Part shown: positions 49,521 through 57,892 of the stretch, piece after piece | Layout of the letters: each line of letters starts with the position of its first letter | How positions within the stretch are numbered: the stretch's first letter is position 1 | Origin: Acidobacteriota bacterium | GTDB taxonomy: Bacteria > Acidobacteriota > UBA6911 > RPQK01 > JAJDTT01 | Length of the DNA stretch: 64,000 nucleotides | Assembly: GCA_965263035.1 (NCBI GenBank) | Contig: OZ253580.1 | Location: forward strand, 2,080,001 to 2,144,000 | Reading direction: 5' to 3' | Translations under genes and position numbers: made by a program | The notes under the pieces: model-generated | Database searches by the model: none | The model's input: only the letters and a program-made list of their open reading frames with translations | Told to the model about the DNA's origin: nothing

Positions 49521-51044
49521 ATGAAGGATCTCTCGACTCGATCGCTGCTCTGGGCATTTCTGGCGGTTGCCGTTGCGTCTTACACGACCGGCGCCCCGGC
49601 GCCCCAACCGGAAGGGAGCTCCCCGGAGGTTCTGGAGATTGGAAGCCGCGTGGAGCTCTTCGTGGACCGGTATCTCATCGACGTCATGGACGATGTCGAA
49701 CTGGAGCTGGGGCAACCTCAGCCCCGGGAGAAGGTATTCCGGTTCGACCAGCCCTGGGAGGGCAACACGCCGGCTCATATCGCCATCTTCCGGGACGGCG
49801 ACGTCTACCGCATGTACTACCGGGGCAGCGCGAACAACGACTACATCATCCGGGAGGAACTGCTTCCGGGAGAAAAGATCGTTCCCCAGCATCCGAAAGT
49901 GAGTTGCTACGCCGAAAGCCGGGACGGCATCCGCTGGACCCGGCCCTCTCTGGGCCAGGTGGAGTTTCAGGGGTCCCGGGACAACAACATTCTGGACCTG
50001 GGGGGCGTTACCAAGTTCAATCCCTTCCGCGACGAGAACCCCGAAGCTCCCGAATCGGCCCGTTACAAGGGGATCGGCTTCTACCGGACCGTCCCCGGCG
50101 CCCCGCCCCACTCAAAGCAGAGAGGCTTGGTCCCCCTCCAGTCCCCCGACGGCGTTCACTGGACCTGGATGGCGCCGGAACCGGTCATCACCGACGGGTA
50201 TTTCGATTCCCACAACGTGGCCTTCTGGGACGGCGTCCGGGGCCATTACGTGGCGCTGTACCGAGACTTCGCCCACGGGGTGCGCACGCTCAAATACGCC
50301 ACCTCGAAGGACTTCGTTCAATGGACCCCGGGCCGGTGGGTCGACTACGGAGACGCCCCTCAGGAACATCTCTACACCAACGCGACGGTCCCGTATTTTC
50401 GCGCGCCCCACATCTACGTGGCCTTTCCCAAGCGGTTCGTGCCGTGGCGAGCCCCGCAGCATTACGACTACGCGAGCGCCACCGAGCGGCCGGGGCTCTC
50501 CGAGGGGGTCTTCATGAGCAGCCGCGATGGTCTGCACTGGCATCGATTCCTGGAGGCCTTCATCCGGCCCGGACGGAACCGGCGGAACTGGATCCACCGG
50601 ACCAACTTCGTGGGCCGCGGAATCATCCGGAGTGCAGACGACGAGATTTCATTGTACGTGACCCGACACTACACCTATCCCAGTGTCCACATCCGGCGGA
50701 TGAGTCTGAGGCTCGACGGGTTCGTCTCGGTCAGTGCCGGCCATCCCGGAGGCGAGTTCACGACGCGGCCCCTGATCTTCCAAGGGGAGAACCTGGTGTT
50801 GAACTACGCCACGGCGGCGGCGGGAAGCATTCAGGTGGAGATCCAGGATGCGGGCGGAAAGCCGCTGGCCGGCTTTGCCCTCCAGGACTCGATCCCCATC
50901 TGGGGAGACGAGATCGAGGGTGTGGCCCGCTGGCGCCGGGCCGACAACCGGGACCGGGATCAGCTCCGACGCGTGGCCGGGATGCCCGTGCGCCTGCGGT
51001 TCGTCATGACCGACGCCGACCTCTTTTCGTTGCGATTCCGTTGA
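49521..51044 (+). CDS. Beta-propeller glycoside-hydrolase-like protein, paralog
   Basis: Signal peptide; YAESRDGIRW, SPDGVHW, LRLDGFVSV. Confidence 0.7.
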   Translation: MKDLSTRSLLWAFLAVAVASYTTGAPAPQPEGSSPEVLEIGSRVELFVDRYLIDVMDDVELELGQPQPREKVFRFDQPWEGNTPAHIAIFRDGDVYRMYYRGSANNDYIIREELLPGEKIVPQHPKVSCYAESRDGIRWTRPSLGQVEFQGSRDNNILDLGGVTKFNPFRDENPEAPESARYKGIGFYRTVPGAPPHSKQRGLVPLQSPDGVHWTWMAPEPVITDGYFDSHNVAFWDGVRGHYVALYRDFAHGVRTLKYATSKDFVQWTPGRWVDYGDAPQEHLYTNATVPYFRAPHIYVAFPKRFVPWRAPQHYDYASATERPGLSEGVFMSSRDGLHWHRFLEAFIRPGRNRRNWIHRTNFVGRGIIRSADDEISLYVTRHYTYPSVHIRRMSLRLDGFVSVSAGHPGGEFTTRPLIFQGENLVLNYATAAAGSIQVEIQDAGGKPLAGFALQDSIPIWGDEIEGVARWRRADNRDRDQLRRVAGMPVRLRFVMTDADLFSLRFR

Positions 51045-51063
51045 ACCGGAATCTCGATCGAGA

Positions 51064-52539
51064 TCACAACGTCCAACCGGACCGGAATTCCCGCCGTAGC
51101 AGCGCGTCAGCCTCCGGAGAGTTGGTGACCCGCAGGTTATCGGCGTCCCAGTCGAGCTTGGCTCCGGAGCGGTAGGCAACGGCACCCAGGTTGACCGCCT
51201 CCGAGAGGGGGCCGGAATAGCCGAAGTGGCTGCTCGTTGGGCTCCCTGTCTTGCAGGCGGCGATCCACTCGGCACGATGGCCGACTTCAGCCGTTCGACG
51301 CCACTCCGGGTGATGCTTGTAGGCCGCCATCCACTGAGCGTGGCGGCCGATTTCCGCACCGATGGACGGGGGAATGCTCGGCTTGGGCGGTTCGAAGTTC
51401 GCGAATTTTTTCTCAGGCCAGAGCATCCGCTGGGGGTAGTTCACCCACAGCATTCCCTCGGTGCCCACGAAGACGCCCCAGGCCCAGTCGGGGAAGGCGT
51501 TTTCCGCAAAAACCGGCGGCGGTTGACTGCCTTGCGTCCAGGCCAGGGTGACCGGCGGCATCTCTCCGCGGGCCGGGAACCGGTAGCGGACCTGAAGCCG
51601 CTCAGGAACCGTCTCAGGGTGCGGTGGCGGCCCCTCGGCCTCCACCGAGATCGGATAGCGGAGATTCAGGGCCCAGAAGGCCAAGTTGAAGTAGTGGGTG
51701 GCGGCGTTGCCGAGACTGCCAGTCCCGAAATCCCACCAGCGCTGCCAGTTGCCGCCGCAACCGCGAGAATAGGTGGGGTGATAGGGGCGGTAAGGCGCCG
51801 ACCCCACAAATAGATCCCAGTGAAGCCCTTTGGGGACGGGCGGCGTCTCCGTCGGGCGATCGATCGTGCTGCGTCCCGAGCGGACCCAGATATGGCATTC
51901 CTCCACCTCGCCGATGGCTCCGCCGCGGATCAGCTCGACGATGCGGCGGAAGTTGTCCGAGGCGTGGATCTGGGTTCCCAATTGGGTCGCCACCTTCTGC
52001 TCGGCGGCTACCTTGGCCAGCATGCGGGCCTCGTAGACCGAGATGGCTCCCGGCTTCTCGCAGTAAACGTGCTTGCCGCGCCGCATCGCCGCAACACTGG
52101 CCGGCGCGTGGGTGTGGTCCGGAGTGGTCACCACCACGGCGTCGATCTCGCGGTCCAACTCGTCGAGCATCTGCCGGTAATCGTGGAACTTCTTCGCTCG
52201 CCCATAGCGGGCCAAGGCGGCCCCCGGAGGATTCCGGCGCTTGGGAGCCGAAGCCGCCGCCGACCGCTCGTCAGTGTCGCAGAGAGCGACGATGTTCTCC
52301 CCGGTCATCTCCGGACGTGAAGCCGGCTTGACTCTCATGCCCGACCCGTACTCCACGTTCTCCCCGGCCATGTGGGTGAGGTTCCACGCCCCCATGCCGC
52401 CGACTCCGACCACGGCGATGTTGAGCTTTTCGTTGGCAGGGTAGCCCCAGACCGAACGGCTGTCGCGGAGAATCACCAACCCTGCCGCGGCGCGGCCCGC
52501 AGTGCTGAGAAAACGCCGGCGCTTCCACTGGTTCGTCAT
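51064..52539 (-). CDS. Gfo/Idh/MocA oxidoreductase (Tat signal)
   Basis: RRRFL; GVGGMG; TPDHTH; HVYCEKP. Confidence 0.93.
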   Translation of the reverse strand: MTNQWKRRRFLSTAGRAAAGLVILRDSRSVWGYPANEKLNIAVVGVGGMGAWNLTHMAGENVEYGSGMRVKPASRPEMTGENIVALCDTDERSAAASAPKRRNPPGAALARYGRAKKFHDYRQMLDELDREIDAVVVTTPDHTHAPASVAAMRRGKHVYCEKPGAISVYEARMLAKVAAEQKVATQLGTQIHASDNFRRIVELIRGGAIGEVEECHIWVRSGRSTIDRPTETPPVPKGLHWDLFVGSAPYRPYHPTYSRGCGGNWQRWWDFGTGSLGNAATHYFNLAFWALNLRYPISVEAEGPPPHPETVPERLQVRYRFPARGEMPPVTLAWTQGSQPPPVFAENAFPDWAWGVFVGTEGMLWVNYPQRMLWPEKKFANFEPPKPSIPPSIGAEIGRHAQWMAAYKHHPEWRRTAEVGHRAEWIAACKTGSPTSSHFGYSGPLSEAVNLGAVAYRSGAKLDWDADNLRVTNSPEADALLRREFRSGWTL

Positions 52540-52842
52540 CGTTTCTTCTCCATCAGTATCCGGCCATTCCGTGAGAATCGACCTGGCCATCGGGTGAGTG
52601 TTGGAAATCCATTATGAAGGTGGCATGGAACTTGGACAACTCAGCAATATTGCTCCAACGCCCGGATCTGGGTCAATGGGCGTGCGGTTCTGGACTTTCC
52701 CCATTTGGGGGAACTCCTGACTTCCGGTTCCATAAGACTCTCCCGGCCGAGGCATACCGGGGGTCCGGAGGGCGCGTACTGCAAGATCGTATCGGTTCCA
52801 GCCGGGATTGACGCGCGGCCCCGTTTGGCCATGCCAAGCTAG

Positions 52843-53000
52843 CAGCCCGTGGCAAAAGTCGCCACGGCATCCGACCGTCCCTGCATCCCGGCGGACTGCG
52901 TTGCTATCGGCTCACATACTCCCGGTATGCTCCCTCATCGCGCCTGGTCCGGCGGGCGCAGGAACGGTCTCGGTGCTCGCGGGACTTTCACCACGGACTG
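52843..53000. mobile_element. 158-bp MITE (intergenic copy)
   Basis: Ends CAGCCCGTGGCAAAAGTC / GACTTTCACCACGGACTG; CTAG duplication; second copy at 62189. Confidence 0.88.
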
Positions 53001-53189
53001 CTAGGCGTTATAAAATGTCTTTCTGATGGTGATGCGTCTGCTGGGCCGGGCCAGAGGCGGGCCGACTCAGGAAACGATGCCCTCCCCTGGAGCAGCGCGG
53101 ATTCCGCTCTGGTCAGTGACTCCGGTAGGAACTCCGATGCTGCGTGGTTGATGGGAGAGAGGTTAGATTGGGCTGACGTGGAGGCCAAC

Positions 53190-53447
53190 ATGGGGACTAC
53201 CCGCAAGAATATCACCGTTACGGAGCAACAAGACAAATGGATCAAGGCGCAGATCGATGGCGGTGATTTCACCACTGACAGCGAATATATCCGCGATTTG
53301 ATCCGCCGCGACCAAGCCCGCCGGTCCGAGATGGATGCGATCCGGGGAGCGTTGATCAGGGGCGAAGAAAGCGGACAACCACAAGCGTTCAACGGCGACC
53401 TGTTCAAAGAGCAAATGGCCGCCAAACATGCCCGAAAAGTTCGCTGA
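53190..53447 (+). CDS. ParD-like RHH antitoxin
   Basis: RKNITVT..WIKAQI..SEYIRDLIR..GEESG. Confidence 0.88.
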   Translation: MGTTRKNITVTEQQDKWIKAQIDGGDFTTDSEYIRDLIRRDQARRSEMDAIRGALIRGEESGQPQAFNGDLFKEQMAAKHARKVR

Positions 53448-53730
53448 ATATCGATTAGCGCCGGAAGCCAAGCGCGACCTTGAAGCCATCTGGCTCTATA
53501 CGCTCGAAGAGTGGGGGCTGGAACAGGCTAATCGTTACACGGATGAATTGACGGACGTTTTTGCTCAACTTGCCGTTAGGCCGCAACTAGGAACAGCTTG
53601 CGATCACATCCGCACAGGGTACAGCCGCAGCAGGGTAGGGCGACACGTTGTCTATTACCGCATGACCGAATACGGAATTGCCGTGATTCGCATATTGCAT
53701 GATCGGGTGCTACCAACGCGGCACTTGTAG
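53428..53730 (+). CDS. ParE/RelE-family toxin
   Basis: YRLAPEAKRDLEAIWLYT...WG.EQA..Y; IRILH. Confidence 0.9.
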   Translation: MPEKFAEYRLAPEAKRDLEAIWLYTLEEWGLEQANRYTDELTDVFAQLAVRPQLGTACDHIRTGYSRSRVGRHVVYYRMTEYGIAVIRILHDRVLPTRHL

Positions 53731-53799
53731 GTGCCCAAGTTCCAGATTTTTCTGCATGAATCCGGTTGGGCGGACACAAGTGGATGCGTGAGACGGCAC

Positions 53800-53948
53800 A
53801 GGATGTGGCATTCATGCGCGGTCGCCATTCTTGTATTTCCTCGCTCACCGAGATCTTGAACGCTCAGAAACGAATCCTGACTCTGGACAGAGACTTTCAA
53901 ATCTATAGCCTCGCGGGTAAACGCTCCATTGAGGTCAGTCCATCGTAG
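53800..53948 (+). pseudogene. C-terminal remnant of a PIN/VapC-like gene
   Basis: RILTLDRDFQIY motif only. Confidence 0.4.
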
Positions 53949-54082
53949 CCCGCGATGACAGGCATCCGGAGCACCGGTTCCGGAAATACGCGCCGGTCGA
54001 ATGACCCGACATCTTCCATCGAGGGCTCTTTGCCATCAACACTCGACTCGGTGATTCTGCCAGGGGAACCGTATACTGAATC

Positions 54083-55783
54083 ATGCTCCGCATTCTTCTC
54101 CTGCTGAGCATCCGATTCTTGGACGTCGCCCCTGAGGCCGGCCTCGATTTCCGCCACCACAGCGGGAGTCCCGAGAAGAAGTACATCCTGGAGACCATCG
54201 GCGGGGGGGTCGCCTGGATCGACTACGACCGGGACGGCTGGCCCGACCTCTATCTGGTGAACGGGGGCAAGTGGGACGAGTTGCTGGCCGGCACGAGGTC
54301 CGTCTCCAACGCCCTCTACCGCAACAACGGCGACGGCACTTTCACCGACGTCACGGCCGGGTCCGGCCTCACTAGTCCCCATTGGGGTATGGGAGCCACG
54401 GTAGGCGACATCGACAACGACGGCTGGCCCGACCTCTACCTGTGCAACTTCGGTCCCAACATCCTCTACCGCAACAACGGCGACGGCACCTTCAGCGACG
54501 TTACCGCCGCCAGCGGTGCCGGGAACCCCCGCTGGAGCTCGTCGGCCGCCTTCAGTGACTACGACGGGGACGGCTGGATCGATCTCTATGTGACCAACTA
54601 CGTCGAATTCGACCCCCATTCCCCGCGTCCTCCCGAGTGCGGCTACCGGGGAATCACGGTCCATTGCGGCCCCAAGGAGATGGCAGCCGCCCCCGATGCG
54701 CTCTATCGCAACCGCGGGGACGGGACCTTCACCCAAATGACTTCCGAGGCGGGCATTGAGGTGCCGCCCGCCTACGGCCTCGGGGCCGTCTGGGGCGACT
54801 ACGACAACGACGGGGACCCGGACCTCTACGTCGCCAACGACTCCATGGCCAACTTCCTGTTCCGGAACCGCGGCGACGGACGTTTCCTGGACGTGGCGGC
54901 GCTGGGAGGCGTCGCCTACAACCAGGACGGCCGGGAACAGGCGGGCATGGGCGTGACCTTCGGCGACTATGATCGGGACGGCTTTCTGGATCTGTACGTC
55001 ACCAACTTCTCCGACGATTACCACACCCTTTACCGCAACCGGAGAGGAAAACTGTTTCGGGACGTCACCTACGCCGCGGAGGTGGCCTTCCCCAGTTGGC
55101 AGTTCCTGGGATGGGGGGTCCACTTCGCCGATCTGGACAACGACGGCTGGCTCGACCTGTTCGTTTCCAACGGGCACATCTACCCGCAGGTGGACGGCTA
55201 CGAGACGGGCACCCGCTTCGCCCAGCGAAAGCTCCTGTTTCGGAATCAGGGGAACGGAAAGTTCCGGGAGACGGCCGGGGAATGGGGCGAAGATCTCTCG
55301 CGGCCGTGGTCCAGCCGGGGCGCGGCCTTCGCCGACTTCGACAATGACGGCGATCTGGACGTGGCCGTCAACAACCTGGACGCGCGCCCCTCGCTCTTTC
55401 GCAACGAGGGTGCCGCAAACGCCGGACACTGGCTGAACCTGGCTCTGGAGGGAGGACCATCAAATCGGAGCGCCATCGGCACCCGCGTCATTCTTCAGAC
55501 CGGCTCCTGGAGCCAGTTGCAGGAGGTCCAGGGAGGATCCAGCTACCAGGCCACCAACGACTTCCGGCTCCATTTCGGCTTGGGAGAGTTGACGGAGGTA
55601 AAGCAATTGGTCGTCCGGTGGCGAAGCGGAGCGGTACAAACCTTCGAGGGGGTCGCGTCCGATCTCCATTTTCGTCTGGAGGAAGGCGGGAAGCTTGAAC
55701 CCCTTCCCCTCAAGGGACGAAAGGTGCGCGGCAGAACGTACTCATCCCGTACTGACGGTAGCGATACGGGACCCGCTCAATAA
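54083..55783 (+). CDS. CRTAC1-family protein (FG-GAP repeats + ASPIC/UnbV)
   Basis: Multiple DxDxDGxxDL repeats; RSAIGTRV, RLHFGLG. Confidence 0.93.
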   Translation: MLRILLLLSIRFLDVAPEAGLDFRHHSGSPEKKYILETIGGGVAWIDYDRDGWPDLYLVNGGKWDELLAGTRSVSNALYRNNGDGTFTDVTAGSGLTSPHWGMGATVGDIDNDGWPDLYLCNFGPNILYRNNGDGTFSDVTAASGAGNPRWSSSAAFSDYDGDGWIDLYVTNYVEFDPHSPRPPECGYRGITVHCGPKEMAAAPDALYRNRGDGTFTQMTSEAGIEVPPAYGLGAVWGDYDNDGDPDLYVANDSMANFLFRNRGDGRFLDVAALGGVAYNQDGREQAGMGVTFGDYDRDGFLDLYVTNFSDDYHTLYRNRRGKLFRDVTYAAEVAFPSWQFLGWGVHFADLDNDGWLDLFVSNGHIYPQVDGYETGTRFAQRKLLFRNQGNGKFRETAGEWGEDLSRPWSSRGAAFADFDNDGDLDVAVNNLDARPSLFRNEGAANAGHWLNLALEGGPSNRSAIGTRVILQTGSWSQLQEVQGGSSYQATNDFRLHFGLGELTEVKQLVVRWRSGAVQTFEGVASDLHFRLEEGGKLEPLPLKGRKVRGRTYSSRTDGSDTGPAQ

Positions 55784-55896
55784 GAAGGCACTCGAACAAG
55801 CTCCGCCATTCCACCGCTTCCTGGGAGTCTCTTTCGTGCCACGAACCCTCCAATGAACCCGTATTCCGACTGATACTCGCTTCGTGTAACAGAGTC

Positions 55897-56151
55897 TCAC
55901 GTATAAGCGGGGTGCGGTTCGGCGGTGGTAATCCGAACGACATGGACGCCATCAACACATTCTACTTCTGTCACTGCTGATTGGATCGCGTCGGCCCGGG
56001 TGGCCGCTTCGCGGTCAAAGTCCAGATATTGGATACCGTCGGTCCGACCAACCGTCGCGTCGTCGCATCCCGCTTCGAACAACGCGTCGATGAACGCATC
56101 ATCCTGCAGGTCGGGGCCATCGACAATCAGTGTGAAATGGTGGATTGGCAT
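55897..56151 (-). CDS. Small acidic protein, putative HicB-like antitoxin
   Basis: FTLIV..LFEAGCDDA..LDFDREA; downstream of a HicA-like gene. Confidence 0.6.
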   Translation of the reverse strand: MPIHHFTLIVDGPDLQDDAFIDALFEAGCDDATVGRTDGIQYLDFDREAATRADAIQSAVTEVECVDGVHVVRITTAEPHPAYT

Positions 56152-56172
56152 CTATGGTTCCTCTCGTACTTT

Positions 56173-56406
56173 TCACTCCCATTCGTGTGGGCAACGTCTG
56201 ATGGCACGCCGTAGTTGGTTGGCATGAGCACCAGCATTGCGGGGAGTGGACCAGATCGAGACTTGGCACCCCGAGCGACTGGTCTCTCCGCATCGCATCA
56301 CACCCCAACGATGCCCGGAGGGTGTGGGCGTCACCGTCCAGTCGGCCACCTCGGCTTCGGCAAGGGCGCTCTCAACGTCCTTCTTCGGGTGTCTCGCCCT
56401 GGCCAC
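56173..56406 (-). CDS. Small basic protein, putative HicA-like toxin
   Basis: HPKKDVESAL..GHRWG..C..SIWSTPRN. Confidence 0.6.
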   Translation of the reverse strand: MARARHPKKDVESALAEAEVADWTVTPTPSGHRWGVMRCGETSRSGCQVSIWSTPRNAGAHANQLRRAIRRCPHEWE

Positions 56407-56611
56407 GTTTCCCCTGCCAGCAACTCAGTTCCGCAATTGATGGCGGGAAAAATCGTTCGTCTTCATCTTACCCGCTGGGCCGTGCAGTTTCTTCAACTTC
56501 CAGGTTCGGTGAGGGGGATCCGGTGAAAGGCAGAACCGTTAGCGATCATCCCGGGTCCGGCCTGTTGCAACGCCGCCTCGACTGTGATTGATTGCCGGTA
56601 GAGGAGACCCC

Positions 56612-57892
56612 ATGAACGGCGTCACCGCCTTCGTCTTTACCGCCGTCTTCCTGGCGGGACCGCTCCGGGCGCAGGCGCCTCGATTCACGGAACACCTGAT
56701 CCAGGACGGCTACACCTACACCTACGGAGTCGCGGCCGGTGACCTGGATGGCGACGGCGACGTGGACCTGACCAGCGCCGACGCCTTCGGACACGACTCC
56801 CTCTACTGGTTCCAGAACGACGGGACCGGGAACTTCACGAGATTTCTCATCCAGAAGGACGATCCCGAGCGGCTGGAACGCCATTCCCTGGGGGACGTCG
56901 ACGCCGACGGGGATCTGGACCTGGTCATCGTCAAGAACCTGTACGGCGACCTTCTCTGGTTCCGGAACAACGGGACGCCCCAGGACGGGAAGCTCTGGCA
57001 GAGGGTCGTCCTCACCCAGGGCATGCCCTACGCCTACGACGTGGTGCTGGGCGACCTGGACGGCGACGGGGATCTGGATGCGGCCGCTTCCGGCTGGAAG
57101 GGGAGCCACTTCTACTGGTTCGAGAATACCGGATGGCCCGGTCGGGGAGGCTGGCCCAGGCACGGAATCGAGAGCAACATTCGCGGCCGTGACAACGGAC
57201 CCTCCAGGACCCGGACCATGCGGGCCGGAGACTTCGATGGGGATCGGGATCTGGACCTTCTGGGGACGGCACCCGACGCCGACCTCATCATCTGGTATGA
57301 GAATCGGCGCTCCACGGCGACCGAGGCGTCCTGGCCGCGCTTGAGGACGGCGCCCGTGGTCTGGACCAGGCATGTCGTGGACGATCGCACTCGCTATCCT
57401 ATCCACGGACAGCCGGTGGACATGGACGGCGACGGCGACCTGGACATCCTGATGGCCATGGGAATGCACGGGAAGCCCGGAGACGCGACCACCCATCAGA
57501 TCGCGTGGTACGAGAACAACGGGACCCCGGCGGCAGGCGCCTGGCCCAAGCATTTGGTCCGCGACGGCTTCCAGGACGCTTTCGAGGTCGTGGCGGGGGA
57601 TCTGGACGGCGACGGCGACCTGGACGCGGCGGCCACTTCGTGGCGGTCCCCAGGGCGGGTGGCGTGGTTCCGGAATCACGGGCGGAGGGGTGAACCCTGG
57701 TCCATGCACCTCCTGAAGGAAAACTGGCGGAGCGCCAATCAGATCCTGATCGCCGACCTGGACGGCAACGGCCGCCTCGACGTCGTGGCCTGCGCCGAGA
57801 AGGGCACCCAGGAACTGCGTTGGTGGCAAAACCAGGGTCCGTCGCCGAGGGACGATCCGCCGAGCCGCTCCCAGGCCAGCGGATCTCAATGA
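56612..57892 (+). CDS. Secreted FG-GAP/VCBS repeat beta-propeller protein
   Basis: Seven DLDGDGDxD-type repeats; signal peptide. Confidence 0.9.
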   Translation: MNGVTAFVFTAVFLAGPLRAQAPRFTEHLIQDGYTYTYGVAAGDLDGDGDVDLTSADAFGHDSLYWFQNDGTGNFTRFLIQKDDPERLERHSLGDVDADGDLDLVIVKNLYGDLLWFRNNGTPQDGKLWQRVVLTQGMPYAYDVVLGDLDGDGDLDAAASGWKGSHFYWFENTGWPGRGGWPRHGIESNIRGRDNGPSRTRTMRAGDFDGDRDLDLLGTAPDADLIIWYENRRSTATEASWPRLRTAPVVWTRHVVDDRTRYPIHGQPVDMDGDGDLDILMAMGMHGKPGDATTHQIAWYENNGTPAAGAWPKHLVRDGFQDAFEVVAGDLDGDGDLDAAATSWRSPGRVAWFRNHGRRGEPWSMHLLKENWRSANQILIADLDGNGRLDVVACAEKGTQELRWWQNQGPSPRDDPPSRSQASGSQ

